Below, piece by piece: positions 56,130-64,000 of a DNA stretch of 64,000 nucleotides. Below the pieces are notes generated by a model. The model saw only the letters and a list, made by a program, of their open reading frames with translations, was not told the origin of the DNA and made no database searches. How positions within the stretch are numbered: position 1 is the first letter of the stretch; each line of letters opens with the position of its first letter. The translations under genes and the position numbers were made by a program. This DNA comes from a virus: the IMG/VR virus record IMGVR_UViG_3300025168_000001. One strand, given 5' to 3'.

Positions 56130-56567
56130 TTATTCAAAAAATTCTACACTGTTACTTTTTAATAAAGACGCTAACGTTCTTTTATTTTTTCTAGTAGGGG
56201 AAAACGAATATGCTGACTTATTAGTAAAGACAGCTTTCTTTTTATGCCAGAACCATTTATAATAGTAACCATCTGTGTGGAAATTTAAATGGTATATTTT
56301 AGTATCGTGCTCTCTTGTAGCTTTCCAATCTACTCTTCTCTTTTGGTTACTTATAATCTTTTTTATTCTTATAGCCCCTAATCCTGAAGGAATTTTAAAT
56401 TCCATTGCATCAGTAATAATAGCTTCTGATAACATCTCATTAAATTTTATACAAACTTCTCTATAAGTAGATTTATCAATATCTTCCATTACTTTCTCAT
56501 CTTTGAATTCTTCTTTGAAGTCTTCGTATGCGTCTACTAATGTTTTATTTCTTTTTTTTCGTCTCAT
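56130..56567 (-). CDS. basic protein, possibly HU/IHF-like DNA-binding
   Basis: 145 aa, K/R-rich. The segment FKIPSGLGAIRIKKI...RRVDWKATRE loosely resembles the HU/IHF beta-arm region. Weak. Confidence 0.3.
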   Translation of the reverse strand: MRRKKRNKTLVDAYEDFKEEFKDEKVMEDIDKSTYREVCIKFNEMLSEAIITDAMEFKIPSGLGAIRIKKIISNQKRRVDWKATREHDTKIYHLNFHTDGYYYKWFWHKKKAVFTNKSAYSFSPTRKNKRTLASLLKSNSVEFFE

Positions 56568-56571
56568 TGTT

Positions 56572-57279
56572 TTATTGTTGTGGTTGTGATGGAGCTAAGG
56601 AAGGACCTGCGGCAGAGTCTTCTATAGCATTATTAGCTGCATCTTCTGGCATAGATTTAAACATACTGATAAGCTCTTGAGCTACAGCACCAACTATAGC
56701 ATCAGTTAGATGTTCATCTAAAGGAAACTCTTGTTCCATAGGATCTATACAAGTTTCTGCGCAAGAGTCTAAATAAACAATAGATAAAGGATCTTCAAAT
56801 ACTCCCGATACACTTACATATTTAAGCAAACTGTTTACTGTTAAAAATAAATAATCATCTTTTATAAAATAATCGGGCTCACCTGAAGTGAACTTGTTAC
56901 CTGACTTGTACTTCTTTTTAACCCAGTTTGTTTTAGAAAACATAACGGTACCATCCATATTAGTAACAGCTTCAAGCTCAGGACCAAACATAGATTGAAT
57001 CGGTTTTGGTATCTTATGCTTAGACCGTAATATGTCACACCCAGGAGCGGGTAAACATGGGCATTCGTTTGGATGTGTTTCTACTAACTCCATGCACTTA
57101 ATAGTTTGTACTATCCAATCAGAAACTTGTCTTTTTTTATCTACTTCTCTTTTTACCATTAAAGATCTACTCGACTTTAATTTAGCATATATCAATCTAT
57201 TTGATAATCTACTATCATCCGTAGCACCTCCTTTATTATAAAGAGCTTTAATCCTTGATATTATGTGTTTAATTTGCAT
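56572..57279 (-). CDS. hypothetical late protein
   Basis: 235-aa ATG ORF overlapping the upstream gene end by 11 nt. No motif. Confidence 0.65.
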   Translation of the reverse strand: MQIKHIISRIKALYNKGGATDDSRLSNRLIYAKLKSSRSLMVKREVDKKRQVSDWIVQTIKCMELVETHPNECPCLPAPGCDILRSKHKIPKPIQSMFGPELEAVTNMDGTVMFSKTNWVKKKYKSGNKFTSGEPDYFIKDDYLFLTVNSLLKYVSVSGVFEDPLSIVYLDSCAETCIDPMEQEFPLDEHLTDAIVGAVAQELISMFKSMPEDAANNAIEDSAAGPSLAPSQPQQ

Positions 57280-58000
57280 AGGTCATTATTTTATCTAATA
57301 GGGGTATTATATTATGAAAAACTTCAACTCCTGTAGCTGCTTTACTTCTTAATTCTGGTTGAGTTAACTCTGCAGGATTCTCTCCCTCACCTGCTCGTAA
57401 TCTAGGAGAAAAAGGCCCTGTAGTAAAAGAACAACAAGATGTATGCTGAACCCACATTACAGTAGTAAACTCAGGATCTTGCCAATAACTCTGAATACTA
57501 GACACATTAATTTGTTTAGTCACATAGTTAGGAGGAAGCATGTACATCTTTAACCTAGGCTTATTATGGCGTTTTTGAGGATTAGATTGAAAATCTTTTA
57601 AATTTCTAGATAGTGTTCTTGTCTTCATTAGACTCTCATCATACTTTCTTTCTTCTTCTCCCAAGTATGTAATATGCATTTCAGTAGTCGAAGTTATAAT
57701 AGGCTTTCCATGCCATAAATTAGTTTCACACTCTGTAACAGGATCATATTCAACAAATTGAAGAATCACGTTTGCCCCAATTAAACCAGTTAGAACTGCA
57801 CTACCAAATACCCACCTATAGTCACTTCCTGCTTCAGTGTTTGATGCAGACAATACGTCATAATCATCTATTGTTAAACCGCCTGTAAAAGTAAGTTCTA
57901 CTTTAATAGGCTCTAGTTTTAAATAGAGTAATCCACCTGGAGCAGTGTCAACACCTGTTAATGCTCTTTTCCCAACACCATATTCCTCCCCGTTAGCCAT
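57269..58000 (-). CDS. hypothetical late protein
   Basis: 243-aa ATG ORF. No motif. Confidence 0.65.
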   Translation of the reverse strand: MANGEEYGVGKRALTGVDTAPGGLLYLKLEPIKVELTFTGGLTIDDYDVLSASNTEAGSDYRWVFGSAVLTGLIGANVILQFVEYDPVTECETNLWHGKPIITSTTEMHITYLGEEERKYDESLMKTRTLSRNLKDFQSNPQKRHNKPRLKMYMLPPNYVTKQINVSSIQSYWQDPEFTTVMWVQHTSCCSFTTGPFSPRLRAGEGENPAELTQPELRSKAATGVEVFHNIIPLLDKIMTYAN

Positions 58001-58253
58001 CGTCTTCTTGGTTTAATTCAGTTGTGAAACTCTTTTTCACAAATTCAGCCATAACCTCTTTTTGAACTTCTGGGTTATAATCTTCAGCTCTTTCTTCTCT
58101 AGCTTCTAATGCTCCTAATTTAGTTGTTGGTTTTCCTTGATAAGATAGACCTACTTCACCTGCATGAATACCACCAAATTGTGAATCATGCATTTCTTTT
58201 CGACATCTAGGACATTGATCAGAGGGTTCATATTTATGTATACACTTAGCCAT
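57993..58253 (-). CDS. small hypothetical protein
   Basis: 86 aa. N-terminal C...CPRC could form a partial zinc knuckle. Overlaps both neighbours by 8 nt. Confidence 0.5.
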   Translation of the reverse strand: MAKCIHKYEPSDQCPRCRKEMHDSQFGGIHAGEVGLSYQGKPTTKLGALEAREERAEDYNPEVQKEVMAEFVKKSFTTELNQEDDG

Positions 58254-59523
58254 TGTTTAATTCATTTACGTTAACTTGAAAATGACCCTTATAGCCATTC
58301 TCTTTACTCCATACATAAGCCTGAGCAGCTCGTGTATTTCCTACATATCCTTTTTCATGGTGCCAAGCATCTGTCCCTGATAGTGAAGGTAATATCCTTA
58401 CTACAGTTCCAAATCTTTCATCAATATCAACCCAGTTCATAGACTTCTGCTTATGTAAATGACCTATATGCCATTCAGTGTGTTTAGCTTTAGCCCATAG
58501 CTCAGGTCTTTCTGATGCCATGATCAACGGTAGATCAGCTTGTTTTTCTGCAGATCCGTGTGTAAGTCCTATTAAGTTAACTCCATAAGTTACATACTTT
58601 CTTGGAGAAGGATCATTATTTACATCCACTTCTTTACAGTTATGATACCATGAATATATAGCATCACCTATATAAAACATTCTCTCATAATCATGATTTC
58701 CAGGTACGACTATAACTTCTACAGGAGCTACTTGTCTTAGCCTATCAATCACTTGAACTAGCATTTCTCTACACAATGTAAAAGAACGTTGCCAACGTAC
58801 ATCGTCATGCTGAGGAGTACCTTTAGTAGTAGTCATGTTTAATCCGTCAGAATTAAGAAGATCATTACCTATTGGAAAAATAATCTTATCTACATGAAAA
58901 TTGTTAGAATACTCTAACAACTTATCTACTGCTTCTGCGAAGATGTCTTTTGCTATGTTTACATCATAACTATGTCCAACTTCTTTTCCCCATCCTAATT
59001 TACCTAAGTGTAAGTCAGGTAAATTAACTTCGTACGCAACTCTTGTTTTGTTTCCAGCTTTAGGGTATTTGACGGCTTTGTATTTAGGAGCGTGTATCTT
59101 AGACGCTTCTATAAACTCTTCTCGTACTTGATCTCTGGCTCCCTTACTTTGATCAAAAGTAGCTCTTACAGCATACTTTGTATCTCCGTTAAAGTCTTGC
59201 CAGGTTGATGCCCTAAAACCTTTAACATCCCAGAAGTCTAAGTTAACACCTACTGCGTTAACTAAGTCTTCCAAAGTAGTTATCTCTGTACTAGAATAGT
59301 CAATAAATTGTTTACCGTTTTCATTGACTACCTTAGGTAACTCCTTTTCAGAACCTGGCTCTCGACTTACTTTAAGTCTCCTCCAAATTCCTCTTACTCT
59401 TTCTCCTGAAATAACACCACCTTTGTCTGTTACTCCAAACTCTTGAGCTAACTCATTGTAGCTCTTGTTTCTACCATTTACTAGTAGATGTTTTTTAAGT
59501 CTTTCGACTGCGTTCTGTTTCAT
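58246..59523 (-). CDS. calcineurin-like metallophosphoesterase with N-terminal HTH-like region
   Basis: All five metallophosphatase blocks are present: LPDLHLG, PIGNDLLNSD, VPGNHDYE, GLTHGS, HIGHLH. N-terminal SYNELAQEFGVTDKG is HTH-like. Confidence 0.75.
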   Translation of the reverse strand: MKQNAVERLKKHLLVNGRNKSYNELAQEFGVTDKGGVISGERVRGIWRRLKVSREPGSEKELPKVVNENGKQFIDYSSTEITTLEDLVNAVGVNLDFWDVKGFRASTWQDFNGDTKYAVRATFDQSKGARDQVREEFIEASKIHAPKYKAVKYPKAGNKTRVAYEVNLPDLHLGKLGWGKEVGHSYDVNIAKDIFAEAVDKLLEYSNNFHVDKIIFPIGNDLLNSDGLNMTTTKGTPQHDDVRWQRSFTLCREMLVQVIDRLRQVAPVEVIVVPGNHDYERMFYIGDAIYSWYHNCKEVDVNNDPSPRKYVTYGVNLIGLTHGSAEKQADLPLIMASERPELWAKAKHTEWHIGHLHKQKSMNWVDIDERFGTVVRILPSLSGTDAWHHEKGYVGNTRAAQAYVWSKENGYKGHFQVNVNELNNG

Positions 59524-59569
59524 TCGTTTGTTGTTTTATTGGTTAAACAACAAAGGTACAGCTTTTTTC

Positions 59570-59959
59570 TTAATCAGTGCCAAATGCATCCTCCGATATT
59601 GCAGTCTGATAATATTTATCTCTTTCTTGTCCCTTTGTAAGAGTTTTTTTATTACCAAAATTTGTATGATTCAATATATTTCCTCCTTCCTCATATAAAT
59701 ATCTAGTATCATGTGATACACTTCCTGCTACATGTATCACACCATTAAGTAATGCCTTTTTTAACTTTTTAATATCTCTAGCAGGAACATTACGCTTTTG
59801 AGCTAAAGATAATAAACTTATATGTCCTAACTTTTTTAATTGTTTTCTACCCCGCATTCCCGCTCTAAGGTTCTTTTGTACTACAAGATCCCCTTTATTA
59901 ATATTAGTATTACTTCCATTTCTAGTATACTTTTTTGCTGTACTTAAGTTTATCTTCAT
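59570..59959 (-). CDS. basic hypothetical protein
   Basis: 129-aa ATG ORF, K/R-rich. No motif. Confidence 0.55.
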   Translation of the reverse strand: MKINLSTAKKYTRNGSNTNINKGDLVVQKNLRAGMRGRKQLKKLGHISLLSLAQKRNVPARDIKKLKKALLNGVIHVAGSVSHDTRYLYEEGGNILNHTNFGNKKTLTKGQERDKYYQTAISEDAFGTD

Positions 59960-59960
59960 A

Positions 59961-61898
59961 TTATAAGTTTAAATACGCTTGTATGTCCACACTAAACTGA
60001 GTAGATGTACAAGGTAAGTCAACAATATTATAACCAAAACCTGCTCCCCACGCTTTCATGTTATTAAAACCTGATACATCGTAAGGACCACTTGTTGTCG
60101 CTGCTGCAAGATTACAACTAGCTCCTAATGGAGCAGCTCCTAAAGGTCCATTTTCCATAGCTCCTATCACATGTAAAGGAAATATAACTTGAGTAGTTAC
60201 TCTAGAATTAGCTACTGGTGGAACAGCATATAAGAAATATCTAATATTACCTAAATGAGAATTAATTACTTTTTTAGCTACACAGTAATCATGTTGAAAT
60301 AAAACAGTAGGAGTACCATCATTAGTAGCAGGAACTCCTTGTTGAGTTTGTCTGTATTTCAGCATAGTACCTGTTGTAGAAGTTGCAGTAGACTTAAATG
60401 TATATTTGTATTCATTTGCATTAGTTGCTTTATTAGGCACACAACCATCTGTATTTGCTTGAGTTGATGTACACTCGCACATTATCATTGACAATGCTAC
60501 AGACGCGCATGACCCTCCTTGTTGCCCTGCATTTGCAAGTCCGTTGCAAAGTGATGAGTTGTTTACTGCTACCATCATAGCTGATAGAGTCATACCTGCA
60601 GAAAAATTATTACCTGCGGTATTAGCATTTAGCCAAGTTATACCTTGACTTACTGTAGTAAAAGAAGGACTAAGGGCTGCTCCTCCATTTGCATTTATTT
60701 GCCAAGCTGTGATCTTATTATAACAATTTCCATTATCACAACAGCAAGTAGGGTGGTTGATACATTCTTGCGTTCCATTATTGTTTACAAACATAAAATT
60801 ACCAATAGTAACATTTGGATTATTTGCTGACATCCAGCTCCAATGACTTTGAGGATCATGTGTATTTCCAGTATCTGTTTGAGTAGAACAAGTGTTTGTT
60901 TGAACTACACCCCCTATTCCATAGTTACCCCAGAAACTTACATCATATGTATGATTAGCTGTATCTCCAGAATGATCTGTATATAAAGCTACATTTTGAG
61001 GGTTATGTACTAATGACATTGCCCCTCCTAATTGTGCCATTGTTGCCACTTGCACAGTATGGCTAGCAGCAACATCTTGCCAAGTAGTTAGATAACTTCC
61101 ATCAGTAGCTACTGTTTGTATTGGTGCCAAACTATCATAGTATCCTCCTAGATTCCAATTTCCATTTGGTCCATACTCTTCTGCTGCATAATTTGCAATT
61201 TCTGCCCATTTATTAGGCGTAGCATGTGCCTCATCTTCAAATCCAATAACTAACAATTCTTCAGTATTACTAAATACAGGAGGCATCGTAGGACTAGTTT
61301 GATTATCCCCATAATATACTGTTGTTTCATTAGCGTCTCCAGATCCATCAAAGGTTACTCCACCATTTTGTGTACCAGTTATAGTTCCTCCTCCATCTGC
61401 ACTAATCCAATTAAGTAACTCATCTAAAGCATCTATAGCTTGTCCAGTAGTTCCTGTACTATTTACGTGGTCTTCAATACCCCTAGTATGTACATTTCTA
61501 TCTAAAACCCACGCTGGCCAAGATACCCATCTTTCTCCATACGCCCCTACATGATACACATCTCCAAAGAAACCGAACTGCGCTTTCATTTCGTTAAAGA
61601 ATTTATTAGAAGATATAAAAGCATCTCCTAATTCACCTGCGCCCATAGAAGTTAGATCATAAAATAAAACTACTTTTGTATGAGATGCTAATCCTGTTGG
61701 ACAGCATTCGTGCAGACTAGTCTGTCCAGTCTGTATAGATTTTGCCATAGATCGCATACCTCTTGCACTTGATCTACTAGTACCACTATTTAAACAAGAC
61801 AAAGCTTCAAGTATATGTTTAACGCTTCCTCGTTTCCTTTGCCCTCCAGGCTTTTGTAGTCTAGCACCACAATTCCTCATAAAATTTTTAAGTCCCAT
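59961..61898 (-). CDS. hypothetical late protein (645 aa), Cys/Asn/Thr-rich, paralogous module to the 2187-aa protein
   Basis: VVLFYDLTSMGAGELGDAF...ERWVSWPAWVL (about 61503-61680) parallels IWAFYDTTSMGAGAQAAAK...EEWVVWPIDAM in ORF 48633-55196. The DNA also matches: cccatagaagttagatcataaaa versus cccatagaagttgtatcataaaa. Confidence 0.75.
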   Translation of the reverse strand: MGLKNFMRNCGARLQKPGGQRKRGSVKHILEALSCLNSGTSRSSARGMRSMAKSIQTGQTSLHECCPTGLASHTKVVLFYDLTSMGAGELGDAFISSNKFFNEMKAQFGFFGDVYHVGAYGERWVSWPAWVLDRNVHTRGIEDHVNSTGTTGQAIDALDELLNWISADGGGTITGTQNGGVTFDGSGDANETTVYYGDNQTSPTMPPVFSNTEELLVIGFEDEAHATPNKWAEIANYAAEEYGPNGNWNLGGYYDSLAPIQTVATDGSYLTTWQDVAASHTVQVATMAQLGGAMSLVHNPQNVALYTDHSGDTANHTYDVSFWGNYGIGGVVQTNTCSTQTDTGNTHDPQSHWSWMSANNPNVTIGNFMFVNNNGTQECINHPTCCCDNGNCYNKITAWQINANGGAALSPSFTTVSQGITWLNANTAGNNFSAGMTLSAMMVAVNNSSLCNGLANAGQQGGSCASVALSMIMCECTSTQANTDGCVPNKATNANEYKYTFKSTATSTTGTMLKYRQTQQGVPATNDGTPTVLFQHDYCVAKKVINSHLGNIRYFLYAVPPVANSRVTTQVIFPLHVIGAMENGPLGAAPLGASCNLAAATTSGPYDVSGFNNMKAWGAGFGYNIVDLPCTSTQFSVDIQAYLNL

Positions 61899-61928
61899 TT
61901 TTCTATTTTTTATATATTATTATTTATT

Positions 61929-62531
61929 TTATGCACAACTGCATAACTTTCTTTCTAAATCAAGTCTAGCTTTAATACTAATAGTATTAGTAGGACCTGC
62001 AGAGGTCATTCTAATAAATATGTATAATAGACTATTTTTAGGAATAGCTTTATCATTAAACGTTGTCAAATTTTCAGAGCTTAATTTCCAATTATCTTCA
62101 AATACTACAGTTTGTGTTCCTAAACTTACCATTAAATTATTAGCAGCTGTTACAGGTGTTCCAGGTGTATATGGAATATATCCTATAAATAACTCACAAG
62201 TTCTATCCCCAGGTCCCCCTCCTTGTTGAGTTCCTATAATCTGGGCGTTTTTAATTGTACAAGCTTCTGGTACAAGTGTATCTCCAATTGTAGTAAAACT
62301 CTTAGCTCCTGAACTTGTAAAATCAAGTAGTAAAGGTTCTGCGGTTGTTAGCCCAGTAGTCTGAAGGTTAGAATTAGCTTCATCTTGTTGCTTATAGTAC
62401 CACGCATTTTGAGTTACCTCTCCCATAGACGCAGTCCACTCTACAGTATTTATTTTATACTGCACACTTTGTGTGGCTTTTTCTAGCGCAATCTGGGACG
62501 GTGTCCTTGCGTGCGATGTTTTTAAATCCAT
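61929..62531 (-). CDS. hypothetical late protein
   Basis: 200-aa ATG ORF. No motif. Confidence 0.6.
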   Translation of the reverse strand: MDLKTSHARTPSQIALEKATQSVQYKINTVEWTASMGEVTQNAWYYKQQDEANSNLQTTGLTTAEPLLLDFTSSGAKSFTTIGDTLVPEACTIKNAQIIGTQQGGGPGDRTCELFIGYIPYTPGTPVTAANNLMVSLGTQTVVFEDNWKLSSENLTTFNDKAIPKNSLLYIFIRMTSAGPTNTISIKARLDLERKLCSCA

Positions 62532-62549
62532 AGTTTTATATTTTATAAT

Positions 62550-63275
62550 TTAAGTAAGTTCAGGATAATTCATTAACCTATATCTTACTAGTATCTTTAT
62601 TTTTGTTTGGCCTCCAAGTGCATTTTCAAGTATTGTAGAAGTAGCATCTTTTGATACACATATTTTCATATGAGTATCTAAATTTTCGCCACTATTTAGT
62701 TTTCTATGATTAAGATGATCTGAAGTTCTTCGATGATCTTCATGTTCTCCATTACTTCCTCCCTGATATATAGGTCCAGCACTAGGGCCTACATTTTTGT
62801 TACAGACTCTAGCAACAGGACCACCATATTGACTATTAACAAAAACTGCCCCACTTGCAGTTATCTCTGCAGAATTTCTAGTAAGCTGAATTAAATGCGT
62901 ATTATTAGCAACGTTATAGCTAGGACTCATTCCTGCAACCTCAGGATTGTATATTATTATTTGAAAATCTACAACTTTTACCATTTGACTTTGTGGTATT
63001 TCTATTGGAAATTGGAATGTAGACAGTGCTGCGGAATAAAAGAACCGATGAAATGTGTCTGTAAACGTTTGACTATATATTTTATCATTCTCTAACGCTG
63101 TAATTTTATTACTAGCAGTTGCTACTGTATCAGCCATAGAACCAGCTCTAGAATCATCTGAAGTTTCATTAGATTTTAATGTATTTATTTGTGTTTGTAA
63201 ATTTATTTTGTTTTTAGTTCTAGATGCTCTAGAATCTTTAAACATTCGTTTTATACCTGAATTATAAAAGGCCAT
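62550..63275 (-). CDS. hypothetical late protein
   Basis: 241-aa ATG ORF. No motif. Confidence 0.6.
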   Translation of the reverse strand: MAFYNSGIKRMFKDSRASRTKNKINLQTQINTLKSNETSDDSRAGSMADTVATASNKITALENDKIYSQTFTDTFHRFFYSAALSTFQFPIEIPQSQMVKVVDFQIIIYNPEVAGMSPSYNVANNTHLIQLTRNSAEITASGAVFVNSQYGGPVARVCNKNVGPSAGPIYQGGSNGEHEDHRRTSDHLNHRKLNSGENLDTHMKICVSKDATSTILENALGGQTKIKILVRYRLMNYPELT

Positions 63276-63294
63276 GGCTATTAATTTTAAATTA

Positions 63295-63687
63295 TTATTT
63301 TTTTGTTTTTTCTAGTGATCTACCGCCAAAATAGGCACCGATCACAGTTATTAATACTAGTTGTAATAAGTCAGTCCATTTAGGCTCTACTACAAAATTA
63401 ATTGTACCTGCATCTATAAATATCATCAATACAGTAGATATTACTAAGAATACTAGTACTAATGGTCTAACATTTTTACTTAACCAAGAATCGCTTGCCA
63501 TGTCAGCTGCCCACCTAGAAGAAATTTCTTTCTCCATTTTAGTTTCATAACTGGCTATAAGTTCTTTGATTTTTAATTCAGCCTCTAGTTTCTCTTCTTT
63601 AGAAGTATGTAGGTTATCTATTACACCTCCCACACTCTTAACAAGTTCTCCAGCCCCTGCTGAAAATATTTTACCTAATATACTCAT
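63295..63687 (-). CDS. holin-like membrane protein
   Basis: 130 aa. Soluble charged N-half, then two hydrophobic helices (VRPLVLVFLVISTVLMIFI; LLQLVLITVIGAYFGG) and a basic tail KTKK. Its start overlaps the upstream stop (ATGA). Confidence 0.4.
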   Translation of the reverse strand: MSILGKIFSAGAGELVKSVGGVIDNLHTSKEEKLEAELKIKELIASYETKMEKEISSRWAADMASDSWLSKNVRPLVLVFLVISTVLMIFIDAGTINFVVEPKWTDLLQLVLITVIGAYFGGRSLEKTKK

Positions 63688-64000
63688 TGTTTAATTATTC
63701 TATAGTTAAAACTTTTACCTCTTATTTTTATAACTGCATTATACATACCATTATTATAAGGAGTTAGATCTATCCTACTAACATTTTCTTTAGAAAATAG
63801 TTTATCACCTAGTATGCTATATAGCTCTATATCTACAAATATACTAAAATTAACACTACCTTCAGTAGGGTTTGGGTATATAGTTAAATATTTATTGATA
63901 TCTTCTATCGCGGTAGGCCATCCTGATTCACAATAATTATATAAAGTTTGGCAACTATTGTCCCAAGTAGTATTACAACAATAATTATCTACATCAATTA
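63684..64000 (-). CDS. 5'-truncated ORF ending in a T9SS (Por) C-terminal sorting domain
   Basis: My own translation of the - strand: ...IDVDNYCCNTTWDNSCQTLYNYCESGWPTAIEDINKYLTIYPNPTEGSVNFSIFVDIELYSILGDKLFSKENVSRIDLTPYNNGMYNAVIKIRGKSFNYRIIKQ*. The YPNP...(G)xY...K..K pattern over ~65 aa is the hallmark of the Bacteroidota T9SS CTD. The ORF runs off the window. Confidence 0.7.
   Translation of the reverse strand, partial: IDVDNYCCNTTWDNSCQTLYNYCESGWPTAIEDINKYLTIYPNPTEGSVNFSIFVDIELYSILGDKLFSKENVSRIDLTPYNNGMYNAVIKIRGKSFNYRIIKQ

Noticed and set aside
23266-63095. Roughly 30 short + strand ORFs (60-161 aa) inside the - strand late genes (e.g. 33086-33571, 42342-42719, 45131-45427, 47910-48182)
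   Set aside because: They are embedded antisense in multi-kb uninterrupted ORFs. Their translations are Leu/Ser/Phe/Ile- or Pro-rich mirror images of the sense repeats, for example poly-Pro opposite the poly-Gly tracts. There are no independent start contexts.

Overview
Gene-dense, AT-rich dsDNA phage segment made of two convergent modules. The + strand (1-23.1 kb) is an early and replication module. It encodes a family-A DNA polymerase, an SF2 helicase, a DnaB-like helicase, a Toprim primase, a Sak4-like ATPase, an SSB-like protein, a RusA-like resolvase and a PD-(D/E)XK nuclease. It also carries a MoxR-vWA pair, a radical-SAM SPL-like lyase, a class II RNR and a ParB-like protein. The - strand (23.2-64 kb) is a late/virion module dominated by five back-to-back giant ORFs of 1355, 4177, 1043, 1888 and 2187 aa. 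After these come small late genes, a holin-like gene and a 5'-truncated gene ending in a T9SS-type C-terminal sorting domain. The modules meet at a bidirectional terminator (23162-23196). The 4177-aa ORF has a beta-prime-like ADFDID double-psi beta-barrel loop plus two HExxH motifs, which resembles the virion-packaged RNA polymerase / polyvalent proteins of crAss-like phages. Together with the T9SS signal and a GEN.Y...AA tmRNA tag, this suggests (inference only) a crAss-like or similar phage of a Bacteroidota, Flavobacteriia-like host. The least explained part is the first 6 kb. Four ORF-free, relatively GC-rich, helix-dense blocks (1-621, 1872-2643, 4218-4731, 5755-5998) alternate with small genes. 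One block is a complete tmRNA with a 34-codon tag; the others look like uncharacterised structured RNAs with tRNA-shaped four-way junctions that are not tRNAs. I recognised no integrase, canonical tRNA, CRISPR array, capsid, portal or terminase. All calls come from motif reading by eye with no database search, and domain boundaries are approximate.
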